Shown: positions 44,826-58,177, counted from the first letter of the stretch. The stretch: 64,000 bases of DNA from Mobula hypostoma (GCF_963921235.1 NC_086097.1:2666001-2730000); one strand, 5' to 3'. Numbers and translations are program-made. The notes: a model not told the origin generated them from the letters alone.

Positions 44826-47800
44826 ATGCGTGCTGTGGGTGTTGAATGTTACAATAGTCATGGGGGACTTCAATATGCAGGTAGATTGGGAAAATCTGTC
44901 TGATGGTGGATTATACGATGGGGAATTTCTAGAGTGCTTAGGAGATTGCTTTTTAGAGCAGCTTGTGGTTGAGCCCACTAGAGGATCAGCTATTCTGAAT
45001 TGGGTGCTGCACAATGAACCAGATTTGATTAGAGACCTTAAGGTAAAAGAACCCTTATGAGCAAGTGATCATATGATCGAATTCACCCTGAAATTGAGAA
45101 GGAGAAGCTAGTTAAATGTATCAGTATTACAGTGGAGTAAAGAGAATTTCAGTGACCCAATTTCCCTCAGGATCAATAAAGTATATCTATCTATGAGAGA
45201 GGAGTTGGCCAGAATTAATTGGAAAAGAACACTGGCAGGGATGAGAGCAGAGCAGCAATGGCTGGAATTTTTGGAAGCAATTCAGAAGGCACAGGATACA
45301 TACATCACAAAGAGGAAGTAGTATTCTTTAGGAAAGCTGATACAACCATGGCTAATAAAAGAAGAAAAAGCCAACATAAAAGCCAAAGAGAGAACATATA
45401 ATAGAGCAAAAAGTCTATCAGAAGTTAGAGAATTGGGAAGCTTTTAAGTACCAACAGAAGGCAACTAAAAAAGTTATGAAGGTGGTAAAGATGGAATACA
45501 AAAGTAAACTAGACAATAATATTAAAGAGGAGACCAAAAGTTTTTTCAGATACATAAAGTGTAAAGAGAAACCCCAGAAAACGATGCTGGGGAGGTTGTT
45601 GTTTTGTAAGGCAGGTATTTTTCTCTTCACACCTCTAATTGTTTTTTGTCATGCCACTCCTCCAGTTCTGACCGCGGCAAGGCCGTCCTAGATCTTGGTG
45701 AGAGGGCATCTTTGGACCAGATGGAAGACGTCCTGGGTTGAGGCACCACAGAGGCAAGCTGGGGTTTGTCAGGCACCCCATTGGTACAGTGTCTGCTCTG
45801 TTTTTGCATGTCAACATCCGAGTCTATTTGTGGTTGCCCAGTTTTTTCTGGGAGCTGTAGTATAGCCCGGGAGGAGCGAGATGGGGGTTGTCGATCAGAT
45901 CTCCGACAGGGAATGGGGAAAAGGGTCTTGGTGTACTTGTATTGGCGCCATTTAGTGTGTCCGTCACAGGAGTTCAGCTTTTTCAAGTTGTAGAAAGGTT
46001 TTTGAGATTTGAGTCGGGAAGTTGAAACGGCATTTTCAATGAGTTTACAAACTGGTATGTTGTTGAGCATATTTTGGTTACACATGTAGAATTTTGCTGG
46101 AGCTGCTCTTCTACGGATCTCCGGGGTGCTGCTACTCCACTCATTGCTGGGAACCACTGGATAGGTGTGGATTTTAGGGCTCCCGAGATTATTCTCAAAG
46201 TAGTATGGAGCTGTGCATTGATGATGTTTGTGTGAGCACTCTCTCCTAGGTGGGTGCTCAATATTCAGCAACTGAGAAATATAGTGCCAGGCTAGATGTT
46301 CATAGGACTGACTGGTTAGCACCCATTTAGTTCCCGCAATCTTACTGATTGTGGCTGCTCTGGATTTTAACATTTTCAAAATGGATCTTCTATGAGAGCG
46401 CTTGATCAAGTGTGGCTCCCAAGTACTTTGGGTGTGGATCGTTGAGTAGCTGTTTGTAATTTAGTTTGATATTAAGTTTAAGTTTGGTTAGTTGGTTGTC
46501 CAGATGAAATATGGAAGTTACTGTTTTATTGACATTCATATTTAGGTACCACTTTCAGAAGTAGTTGGATAGGGAGTTGGGAGTTGATATCTTGGGCAAG
46601 GTTCCCCGCACCCCCCCCCCCCCCACCGCCAATGGATTTGACATTGTTCGATTAGAAGGCTACGGCTCATTAATCAGCGTATCCAAATTTAGCGGATTTG
46701 GTCTCAGGGAGTTCACTGAGGTACACACTGACCAAAGTTGGAGACAGACTGACGGTTGGGGGACACCATTATGGAATTTCATAATGTGACTAGTGCCACT
46801 AGCAGGTGAAGAAAGAACAGGTGCCTGTCATTCTGTGGAGGAGACAAGAGATCTTTTTTACATGGGATAATTCGGGTTAGTTTTAACATTAACCATTGGT
46901 TTCAAACAATGTCGTACCCATTGGACAAATCAATAAAAATTGCTCCGGTTTTCTGATTTGATGTACAATGTGAGTACGTGAACTTGTTCACTGGTATTGT
47001 GGTGTTGTCTGAAGTCTGTTCGATTGGTATGCAAGGATCTATCAGAGCTGATACTCGGGTTAAGATAATGTGCTCAAGAAGTTTGCAGGTACAACAGAGG
47101 AGAGAAGTTGGACAGCAACTTGCTGGATCCTCCATGACCTGGATCAACACGTGTGGAGGGTTGCATGCTTCAAGGACTCTATCAGGCGATGCCAACTCAG
47201 AGCCACTCATGTTGGGACGGTTGTGGCTGAGATGCCAGATGAAGATTGATCCAACCCGGCTCCCGAACGGACAGATACGCATCTACCCCTCCTAGGCTAC
47301 ACTTCATCATAAATCAAGCTGGGGAGGTAGTAATAGGGGGACAACAAAATGACAGATGAACTAAGTATTTTGCATCAGTCTTCATGGTGGAAGTTCCAAG
47401 TTTCAGGGGCATGAAGTGTGTGAAATTAACATAACTAAGGAGAAGGTTCTTGAGAAACTGAAAGGTCTGAAGGTAGATAACTCACCTGGGCCAGATAGTG
47501 TACACCCCAGAATTCTAAAAGAGGTGGCTGAAGATATAATGGAGGCATTAGTAATGACCTTTCAAGAATCACTAGATTTTGGAATGGCTCCGGAAGACTG
47601 GAAAATTGCAAATGTCATTCCACTCTTCAAGAAGGAAGAGAGGGAGAAGAAAGGAAACTATAGACTAGTTAGTCTGACCTCAGTGGTCGGGAAGATGTCG
47701 GAGTTCATTATTAAGGATGAGATCTCAGGGTACTTGGAGGCACATGATAAAATTGGCCGTAGTCAGCATGGTTTCCTCAAGGGAAAATCTTGCCTGACAA

Positions 47801-48665
47801 ATCTATTGGAATTCTTTGAATAAATAACAAGCAGGATAGACAAAGGAGAATTGGTTGATGTTGTGTAATTGGATTTTCAGAAGGACTTTGTCGAGGTGCC
47901 ACACGAGGCTGCTAAGAGCCCATGGTATTACAGGAAATATTCTAGCATAAAGAAAGCAGTGGCTGATTAGCAGGAGGAAAAGAGTGGGTTGGTTGCCGGT
48001 GACTAGAGGTGTTTCACAGGGGGACTGTGTTGGAAGTGATTCTTTTTACGTTACATGTCAACGATCTGGATGATGGAATTGATGGCTTTGTTGAAAAGTT
48101 TGCAGATGATTTGAAGATGGGTGGAAAGATAGGTAATTTTGAGAAAGAAGAGGGGCTACAAAAGGACTTAGATTAGGAGAATGGATAAAGAAATGGCAGA
48201 TGGAACACAGTGGTGGGAAGTGTATGGTCATGCACTCTGGTAGAAGAAATTAATGGGTTGACTATTGTCTAAATGGCAATACAAAAAGAGCTGAGTTGCA
48301 AAGGGACTTGGGAGTCCTTGTGGAGGATTCCCTTAAAGTTAATTTTCAGATTGCATCTGTGATGAGGAAGGCAAATGCAATGTAATTCATTCCAAGAGGA
48401 CTAGAATATAAAAGCAAGGATGTAAAATTGAAACTTTATAAAAGGTGAGGCCTTACCTGGAGTATTCTCAGCAGTTTTGGGCCCTTATCTCAGTAAGGAT
48501 GCGCTGAAAGTGCATAGGGTTGAAAGGAGATTCACAAAAATGATTCCAGGATTGAATGGCTTGCCATATGAAGAGCATTTGATGGCCTGTCCTATATTTG
48601 CGGGAATTCAGAAGAATGAGGGGTGACTTCATTTAAACCTATTGAATGGTGAAAGGTCTTGACAG
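44826..48665 (+). mobile_element. CR1 ORF2 remnant interrupted by a Vingi-like element
   Basis: IVMGDFN, FLEQLVVEPTRG, SPGPD, NYRLVSLTSVVGK, SQHGFLKGKSCLTNLLEFF; many stops. Confidence 0.88.
45597..47317 (-). mobile_element. Vingi/Ingi-like (I-group) LINE, internally deleted
   Basis: 11 bp TSD gctggggaggt (45586-96 / 47318-28). PTSLLCCTCKLLEHIIL, GAIFIDLS..YDIV, SAHT..LRIISGALKSTPIQWFPAMSG; caa-type tail. Confidence 0.75.
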
Positions 48666-48809
48666 AATGGATGTGGAAAATTAGATCAGACATGATAAAA
48701 TGGTAGAGCAGACTTGATGGGCCAAATGGCCCGATTTTGCTCCTGTATCTTATGGTCTTATTTTGGCCTCAACACAAAGAGGTATAGGTGGCATAAGTCT
48801 ATACTACAC

Positions 48810-51375
48810 ATCTGTGAAGATAGGAATAGAATGAGGTGGCAGATAAATGCATGGCTGAAGAATTGGAGTAGGGGACAGGGATTCAGATTTCTGGATAATT
48901 GGGACCAATTCTGGGGCAGGTGGGACCTGTACAAAAAGAGACTTTTGCGGGTAGAGTTACAAGAGCTGCTGGGAGTGGTATAAACTAATATGGCAGGGGG
49001 ATGGGAACCAGAATAATAGAGCTGAGGATGAGCCAGCAGGTTTGCAAGCAGATGTTGGGTAGAACATGAATGGTCAGGAAGGACAAGCCAATGACTGGGT
49101 CATTGCAGACAGAGGCAAAATTCAAAAGGGCGAAAATGGAGGACTGGAGATGCTGTATTTAAAATGTGCGTAGCATTTGGAATAAGGTGGACAAACTACT
49201 GGCGTAATTAGAGACTGGTTGGTATGACGTTGTGGGGGGCATCACTGAGTCGAGGCTGAAAGAAGGCCATTGTTGGGAGTTCAACATCAAAGGATATACT
49301 TTGATGTTAGGACAGGCAGGAAGGCATAGGTGGTGGTGTGGCTCTGTTGACACGAGATAGAATTACATCTTTTAGAAAGAGGTGATGTAGGGTCAGGGAA
49401 CGTTGAATTTTTGTGGGTGGAGTTTAGAGTAATGTCACAAATGATGTAATGGGGGACTTCAATATGGGAAGGTATTGGGAAAATCAGATTGATGTCAGAT
49501 CACAAGAGAGAGAATTTGTTGAATGCCCATGAGATGGCTTTTTAGAGGAGCTTATGGTTGAGCCTACTTGGGGAAAGGCCATCTTGAACTGGCTATTTGG
49601 AACCAGCTTGAAACCCTGAAGAGGCAGTGATCAGAATATATTGAATTCGTACTGCAAGTTGAGAGGGAGAAGCACAAATCACATCAGTATTGCAAAGGAA
49701 TAAAGGAATTAGAGGCATGAGAGAGGAGTTTGCCCAGGTGGATTGAAGGAGGGTACTGGCGGGGATGATTGCACAGCAGAGATAGCTGAAGTTTCTGGGG
49801 ATAGTTCAGAAGGTGCAGGATAGATATGTCTCACAGATGAAGTAGTTCTCAAAAGGCAGAGGTAGGCAACCATGGCAGACTCGGGAAGGTGAGGACTGCA
49901 TAAAAGCCAAGGAAAGGGCATATGAGGTAGCAAAAGTGAGCGGAAAGTTGGATAATTGGGAAGTTTTTAAAATCCAACAAAAGCCAACTTTAAAAAAAAA
50001 GCTCTTAAGAAGGAAAGAGATGAAATAAGAGGGCAAACCTGCCAATATTATAAAGCAGGATACTAAAAGATTTTTCAGTTTGTATAAAGAATAAAAAGGA
50101 AGTGGGTATTGATATTGAGCCACTGCAAAATGATGCTGGTGAGGTAGGAATGGGTACCAAAGAAATGGCAGGTAAATTTAGTGGGTACTTTGCATCAGTC
50201 TTCACAGTGGAAGATACTAGCAGTGCGCCAGAGGTCCCTGAGTGTCAAGGAGCAGTGAGTGCCATTGCTATTACAAAAGAAGTGCTAGGCAAACTCAAAG
50301 GTCTTAAAGAGGGTGTGGGATATGTCACCTGGACAAGATGAACTGCATCCCAGAGTCCCGAGAGAGGTTGCTGAAGAGGTAACAGATGCACTGGTCATGA
50401 TCTTTTAAGAATCACTTGATCCCAGAGGACTGGAAAATTGCAAATCACTCCACTTTTTAAGAAGGGAGAAAGGCAAAAGAAAGGAAATTATAGGCCAGTT
50501 AGCCTAATCTCATAGGTTGGGAAAGTGTTGGAGTTTATTATGAAGGATGAGGTTTTGGGGTACTTGGAGACTAATGATAAAATAAGTCAAAGTCAACATG
50601 GTTTCTATCAAGGGAAATCTTGCCTGACAAACCTGTTCAGTTCTTCAAGGAAGTAACAAGCAGGATGGACAAAGGAGAGGCAGTGGATGTCATTTACGTG
50701 GATTTTCAGAAGGCATTTGATAAGGTGCCACTCAAGGCTGTTTAACAAGTAAAAAGTCCTATGGCATTACGGAATAGATACTGGCATGGATAGAGGAATG
50801 GCTGAAAGGCAGGAGGCAGTGAGTGAAAATAAAGGGGGCCTTTTCTGGTTGGCTGTCAGTGACTAGTGGTGTTCCTCAGGGGTCGGTATTGGGACCAATA
50901 CTTTTCACATTGTTTGTCACTGATTTAGATAATGGAATTGATGGCTTTGTGGCAAAGTCTGCGGATGATATTATGATGGGTGGAGGGGTAGGTAATGCTG
51001 AGGAAGCAATGTGATTGCAGCAGGACTTAGACAAATTGGAAGAACGGGCAAAAAAAGTGGCAGATGGAATAGTGGTGGGAAATGTATGATAATGCATTTT
51101 GATAAAAAGAACAATAGTGAAGACTTCCCTAAATGGGGAGAAAATTCAAATATCAGAGGTGCAGAGAGACTTAACAGTCCTCGTGCAAGGCTCCCAGAAG
51201 GTTAATTTACAGGTCGAGTCTATGGTAAAGAATGCAAACACAATGTTGGCATTATTTCAAGGGGATTAGAATATAAAAACAAGGAGATAATGCTGAGCCT
51301 TTAAGACAATACTCAGGCCGCACTTGTCAACACTTTACTGCCCCATATCTCAGAAAGGATGTGTTGTCAGTAGAG
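48810..51375 (+). mobile_element. CR1 LINE (ORF1 end through RT), decayed
   Basis: INAWLKNWSRGQGFRFLDNWD, YFASVFT, GVPQGSVLGP. Confidence 0.88.
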
Positions 51376-51379
51376 AGAC

Positions 51380-51846
51380 GTACAACCATGGAGTGGCTTC
51401 TAATGAAGAAAACTGATGTTCTTGAACTGCCCAGCAGTTTGACCTTAATCCAATTGCACATTTCCGGTGAGACCTCAAGATTCCTGTCCACCACTGCTCC
51501 CCAAATAACCTGGCACAGCTCAAGCCATTTTGCAAGGAGGATGAGGCAAATCTAGCTCCATCATATTATGCAAAGATAATGGAAACTTATCCAAAAAGAC
51601 CAATGGCAGCTGCAAGAGGTGGTTCAACTAAGTACTGAGGAAAGGGGGATGAACTGATGACTTTCAATTTTCAAATTTTAGTTTTTCATGCTTTACAATT
51701 CTGTTTTTTTTTGGACTCTACTGTGAAAAAAAGGAGCATGTGATTCACAAGTAAAAATTCTCAGTTAAATTGATCGAAATCCCTGGTTGTAATACTTGCT
51801 CATATGAACAATGGTCTGGGGGCTGAATCATTTTTCAAGGCACTAT
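51380..51846 (+). mobile_element. Tc1 transposase C-terminal remnant plus TIR
   Basis: EWL..DVLELPS, DLNPI, METYPKR, ARGGSTKY*. End ggggctgaatcatttttcaaggcact. Confidence 0.75.
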
Positions 51847-53389
51847 CAACTGACTGTATGTCCATAAAGTGATACTAGGCACAGGAGTGTCTGTAAATAA
51901 ACTGACTGACAGGAAATATTAAAGTAGTGGTGGTTGGGGATGTGGAGGGGTGAGTTAGTGGGTGGAGGTGTTGATCCCCCTTACTGCTTGGGGAAAGTAA
52001 CTGTTTTTGAGTCTGATGATTCTGGTGTGGAAGTTATGTAGCCTCTTTACTGATGGGAGTGGGACAAAAAGTCCATGATTAGGAACTCCATATTTGATTC
52101 CACCAACTCCAGCAACACAATTTAGCAACGTACCCATCAAAACTCCTGTTGAACTCCTTAAATACATGCTCTCTTGAATTTGATATTCTCGTTACCTGCA
52201 AAAACAGTTCACTTATCTACCCGATCTCTGCCTCACATAATATTAACCATAAAAATGCAGTAACGTGGGTACTTTGTTTTTTGCAACTTGGGAAAAACAC
52301 CGATTTAAATATGTTAATTATCTGTAGATCAGCCAACAAATGCATGTACAATTGTATTTACTGTAGTTTTTGGTCCTGATGGAAAAAATTTACATATTTT
52401 TCCCCTCAGTGACATAATGGAATTAATTATTTTAGTATTATTCAAGCCACAAAAACAAGCAGCTGTACCACAGTTTAACAAAATAGCAAAGACCTTTAAG
52501 AATACAAGCTGGCTGAAAATTTTCCATTGTCAAAAAAAAAAGCAGCTTACCTAATCTTTTTTCAGCCATTCATGGATCAGATAAAGCAGTTATAAAATCA
52601 CCAAGAGGTTCCAGGAAGAAATCATACAGCAAGAGCTGAACACTACTTCACCAAATGGAATTGCTGCCTTGAGAGACATCTTCAAAATTATTGCAACAAT
52701 ATGCCTCCTTATAACACTGGGGGAAAATTCAGCTGGATGATAGGATTATCTATCTTGATTTTTTTTAAATAAAGAAGAATGAACCTCGTATCCTTTTCCC
52801 CATCTATGTACTTGACAAAGACACTGTCAGCCACCTGACTGCTCTGGGAATTGAAGAGGCAGTGCAGAAAGTAAGCAGGTAAAGGACAGTTGAGAGAGCA
52901 AACTAGCTTTAGTCCAGATCAGATTTTCACACCTGAAGTAGCACTCCAACCCACTACAGATTCCGATGTGCCCACAGGTACCTTTGCTCTCTCAAACCAT
53001 GCTTCATCTCCTCTCTTGGGCAGCTGCAATAAGTGATCACGTAGCACAAGGGCCACACAAGTCCCCTGCTGTCAGTCTCACCAGCGAACCAGGCTGCAAG
53101 TATCCAACATCACCAATGTCTAACAGGGTCTTGAAATTACAATTAAACCGTCCAAGACAATAATTTGCACCTTTTGTTGGATTGTGCCCTAGCTGTGCGC
53201 CTTATGCAACGATCCAGGTAACAACACGGTACACAGTTTCATCACTATCGAGCTACTCAGTGAAGGGGTAGACCCACATTACACCTGATGTTTTTAATAT
53301 CCAGCCACGTCTTGCCATCACAAAGACAATGGATGATCAATCACACCTTTGGTTGGACCTGGAGAGGCCGCTGTGCCTGTGCACACCAC

Positions 53390-53870
53390 CATAAGACCAC
53401 AAGACAAAGGAGCAGAATGAGGCCATTCAGCCCATTGAGTCTGCTCTGCCAATCCATCATGGCTGATCCCGGATCTCACTCAACCCCATACACCTGCCTT
53501 CCTGCCTTATCCTTTGATGACCTGACTGATCAGGAAAAAAATAATTTCCTTCTTAAATATACCCACGGACTTGGCCTCCACCACAGTCTGTAGCACAGCA
53601 TTCCACAGATTCACTAGTCTCCGGCAAAAAAAAATTCCTCCTTACTTCTGCTCTAAAAGGTCGCCCCTCAGTTTGAGGCTGTGCCCTCTGGATACCCCCA
53701 CCATAGAAAACATCCTTTCCACATCCATCCTATCTAGTCCTTTCCACATTTAGTAGGTTTCAATGAGATCACCTAGCATTCTTCTAAATTCCAGTGAGAA
53801 CAGGCCCAAAGCTGCCAAACGTTCCTCACATGTTAACCCCATTAACTCCTGGAATTATCCTTGTGAACCT
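53390..53870 (-). mobile_element. CR1 3' fragment
   Basis: Shared CR1 3' end (ggagcagaatgaggccattcagccc; ttccacagattcac). Confidence 0.78.
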
Positions 53871-54569
53871 CATTCTATTTCACAGAATTTTCACACCAGG
53901 AATAGAATGTTGGAGAAGCTATAGCTACCCGTCTCACTATACAAATTGTTAAATCAGATCCACAGTACACACATGCTCTCTAACACGATTATGATAATTC
54001 TGCAGCCACCCAAGGGCAAACATTTCCAAATACAAGCTGCAAACCATCTACACCTTGCACAAATTCACATCAACAAAACACGCTAAAAACTGGAGGAACT
54101 CAGCAGGTCAGGAGGGAAGGGGAATAAACTGTCATGTTTCCGGCCGAGACAAATTCACATCACCATGTTACAGTGACGGAAGAACAACACACATGTAACA
54201 CACAGGACTTTGACTTCCTATTTACTATTATAGTCAAAACATTTTGATAAATAGACCTTGCAGGTAAACCTTTTAAATACAAAACTAACACACGATTACT
54301 GTAAATAGTTAGATTTCAGCACAGTTGTTAAGGTACCAGACCAGGTTTGTGTATGCCAAAATTATCATTGTGTCATTTTGTTGATTCTTTTGTCTTCACC
54401 CAAGAGTCCCAATAGATTTCTGAGGTGAAGAGCCAGTCAACATAACCCTTTTATTATGACCACAAAACTGAAATTCTTACAAGTCTTACAGTGACCCTCA
54501 AAAATTTACTTCAGATTATTCAGAAACTTTGTTTGATATTGTTCACCAATATATGGCCAGTTTATTTTA

Positions 54570-55082
54570 GAAACATAGAAAACCTACAGCACAATACAGG
54601 CCCTTCGGCCCACAAAGCTGTGCCAAACATGTCCTTACCTCAGAAATTACCTAGGGTTACCCATAGCCCTCTATTTTTCTAAGCTCCATGTACCTATCCA
54701 AAAGTCTCTTAAAAGACCCTATCGTATCCTCCTCCACCACTGTCGCTAGCAGCCCATTCCACGCACTCACCACTCTGCGTAAAAAAACTTACTCCTGACA
54801 TCTCCTCTGTACCACTTCCAAGCACATTAAAAATGGGTCCTCTCGTGTTAGCCATTTCAGCCCTGGGGAAAAGCCTTTGACTATCTACACGATCAATGCT
54901 TCTCATCTTATACACCTCGATCAGCTCACCTCTCATCCTCCACTGCTCCAAGGAGAAAAGGCTGAGTTCACTCAATCTGTTTGCATAAGGCATGCTCCCC
55001 AATCCAAGCAACATCCTTGTAAATCTCCTCTGCACTCTCTCTATAGTACCACATCCTTCCTGTAGTGAGGTGACCAGAACTG
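54570..55082 (-). mobile_element. CR1 3' fragment
   Basis: QRRFTRML..LFSLEQWRMRGELIEVYK; tttctatg tail. Confidence 0.8.
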
Positions 55083-55355
55083 AATTTTATGTCAAGATAC
55101 AGCATGGAACAGGCCCTCCCAGCCCAATGAGCTGCACCGCACAGCACAGCAATCCACTTCATCTAACCCAAGCCTAATCACAGGACAATTTACAACGACC
55201 AATTAACCTACAAACTGGTATGTCTTTGGGCTGAGAGGGGGAAACCGGGGCACCTGGAGGAAACCCACATGATCACAGGGAAAACACACAAACTCCTTAC
55301 AATTGGCACTGGAATTGAAATCAAACTGCAAGCTTTTTAGTAAAGTTGTGCTACT
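55083..55355 (-). mobile_element. V-SINE (HE1-like)
   Basis: Reverse complement of the V-domain (ggacaatttacaacgacc...ggaaaccggggcacctggaggaaaccca). Confidence 0.7.
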
Positions 55356-56463
55356 GTGGCATTATTTATATCACAGTAATGATTGTGATCAACAGTGAAC
55401 AGCACAGACTATAAAATGCAGAAGATAAATATGAAACTATGACTTTTGACCTGAAGTTAAATATTCAATGGGATAATCTTAAAACAATCATCCCTTTATG
55501 GGTCAAATGATCACACCCTTCAGACTGTACTATATTTACCAAGGATAACAGTATCCAATATGTAGTGAAAACAAATTGGTGTGCAAGCACAAATATCTGT
55601 GCAAGAGAATGAAGTATGATAAACACACTGTCTCAAAAATAACATTAGGGACTTAAAATTCCTGTACACAAACGACAGGGAAGAAAAACACTGATTTGAT
55701 GGTAATTATGGCAGGAGGAAGAAGATGTCCAAGACACCAAATACAGACCCAATTTGGTGAGAGTTAAACATTTTTTTTTCACTGAATACTGAGATGATAA
55801 AGGAGAAACCCAAAAGAGAAAGAACAGGAATTGTAGAGTGAATAAATGCTCCTTTGTTAACACAAATGGCAAAACAAAGTTTGCTAACTAATCACGGTAA
55901 AAAGCTTCAGACACAAGGATAATAACTTCAGTGCAAGAACAGCAAGGCAACAGACCCCGATGGAGTACCTAAGACGACTCTGGAAATCTGTGCCAACCAA
56001 TTGGGGTGAGTGCTCGAAGATATTTTCAATCTCTCATTGCTATAATTGGAAGTTCCCATTTGCTTCAAAAGGGCAACAATTAAACTAGTGCCCAAGAGCA
56101 GGGTGAGCTACCTTAATGACTATTGTCTGGTTGTACTCACACGTACTGTGATGAAGTGCTTTGAGAGGTTGGTTACAGTAAGAATCAACTCCTGCCTCAG
56201 CAAGGTTCTGGATCCACCGCAATTTGTCTATCATTTTAGAGCTCCAAAACCTGGTCCTCGGCAACAGGATCCTCGACTTCCTCCCCATAAGACCACTGTC
56301 TGTGCAGATCAGAAGTAGCATCTCCTTCTCGCTGATAATCAACATTGGCACACCTCAAGGATATATGCTTAGCCCTGCTCTCTCAACACCCATGAGTGTG
56401 TGGCAAGGCACAGCTCAAATGCCATCTATAAATTTACTGATGACACAACTATTATTGGCAGAA

Positions 56464-56670
56464 TCACAAACAAGGGAAAATCTGTAGATGCTGGAAAACC
56501 AAGCAACACACACAAAATGCTGAAGGAACAAGCAGCATCGATGAAAAAGAATAAACTGTGGACATTTGGGGCCGAAACCCTTTATCAGGACTCAGCCCGA
56601 AACATGGACAGTTTACTCTTTTCCATAGATATCCACTGGCCTTCTGAATTCCTCCAGCGGTTGTGTGTTG
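56464..56670. mobile_element. Inverted pair of Penelope-like pLTR ends
   Basis: TSD ctattattgg(c/t)agaa at 56449-63 and 56671-85. Palindromic around 56590. Confidence 0.78.
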
Positions 56671-57092
56671 CTATTATTGGTAGAACTTCAGATGGCAATG
56701 AGAAGGTGTAGCGGAGTGAGACTGATCAGCTGGTTGAGTGGTTTCGTAACAGCAACCTTGCACTCAACGTTAGTAAGATCAAAGAACGGATTGTGGCCTG
56801 CAGAAAAGGTAGACTAGAGAACACACACCAATCCTCAGAGGGATCAGAAGTGCAAAGGGTGAGCAATTTCACGTTCCTGGCTGTCAATATCGAAGGATCT
56901 ATCCTGGGCCCAACATATTGATGTAGTTGTAAAGGCAGCACAACAGCAGCTATATTTCTTAAGGAGTTTGAGGAGATTTGGTACATCACCAAAGACCCTT
57001 GCAAGTTCCTACAGATGTACCGTGGAGAGCATTCTAACTGACGATGCCTCAAAAACATGTCATCCATCACTAAGGATCCCCATCACCCAGGA

Positions 57093-57794
57093 TGATAAAG
57101 TTTGAGGGAATGGGGGATTCTCAGATTCCTGTAAACAATGGATCAGTACTGACTATGTCTGTGACTGCAGTGTGTTCGAATAATGTCTCACAGCTGCTTT
57201 CTTTGGAGCAAGACAAGGATTAAAGTTCGCCCAGATCCACATAAGATGCCACATAAGATGACAAAAAGCAAGCACCTAATGGAAATTAGACAGAACATTC
57301 CTTTCTTAATTAAAGCATAAATTTGATGGATGTTCTAATCTTTGTAATTAAGTTGTGGCTCCAGCAAACCAGGTAGGACATTTCTTTCTTTAATTAAGGT
57401 GGCTGGAGTGTCTAACAAATTGGTGGTACTTTTGTATCAATAGTCCATTGACTTGGCTGGAATAGTTATCAAACTGATTGTTCTTTGTATCAATAGTCTA
57501 TTGACTTGGCTGGAATGGTTATCAAACTGATTGTTCTTTGTATCAATAGTCTCTTGACTTGGCTGGAATGCTTATCAAATTGATTGTTCTTTTGTATCCG
57601 TGGCCTTATAACTTCTGACAATTCTGACATCAGGCAGTGAACTTGTTGAACCGCTGGGGAGATGAGAAAGATTCTCTCCCTGATGTCGGGTCCAAGTTCA
57701 CTTGCCGGCTGAGCTCGAAGAAATAAACGGATGGAAAGATAAGTAACGATCTTTTTGTACCGTCGTTATTTGATCCAGCATACTTACGTTTACA
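57093..57794 (+). mobile_element. Solo LTR (702 bp; retroviral or Gypsy type)
   Basis: TG...CA termini, 4 bp TSD agga, tandem repeats, TATA-like ttataa near 57606, AATAAA at 57722. Removal restores Rex1 catcacccagga-catgccctcttc. Confidence 0.85.
57431..57598. repeat. 53 bp tandem repeat, 3 copies, in LTR U3
   Basis: tttgtatcaatagtc..ttgacttggctggaat.gttatcaaa.tgattgttc at 57431, 57484 and 57537. Confidence 0.95.
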
Positions 57795-58177
57795 AGGACA
57801 TGCCCTCTTCTGATTGTTGCCATCAGGGAGGAGGTACAAAAAGATAAAGGGACACACAATGATGCCAGGTAAAGATTCTTTCCCTCTGCCATCAGACATC
57901 TGAATGAACAATGAACCCATGAACACGACCTCACTGCTTTCCCCTCCACTGTTTAGTTTTTATTAATGTACTGCAATGTACTACCGCCACAGAACAGATT
58001 TCATGACAGATGCCAGTGATGTTAAACCCGCTTCTGAGTTCGTTGGTTTTATGTTAATGAACCACAACCTCAGTATAAAATGGACACACAAGCCCAGCCT
58101 TGCCCAAATCGCTGACTGTAACTCCACTTTAGGACAAGAGTACAAGCAGAAATCACTGAAGCATAGGATCACTGTAA

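Larger units (their letters stand above)
55940..58040 (+). mobile_element. Rex1/Babar LINE remnant carrying a pLTR palindrome and a solo LTR
   Basis: [32 protein letters not shown]. The 3' end resumes after the LTR. Confidence 0.82.

Noticed and set aside
45627..46409. 260 aa ORF as a real protein
   Set aside because: It is mostly an off-frame reading of the frameshifted Vingi-like element.
47120..47317. HDV-like ribozyme in the Vingi-like leader
   Set aside because: Only simple hairpins were found by eye; the nested double pseudoknot could not be assembled.
57431..57598. Tandem repeats (also 16204-16329) as a CRISPR array
   Set aside because: Head-to-tail units with no unique spacers, no cas genes, and a eukaryotic context.
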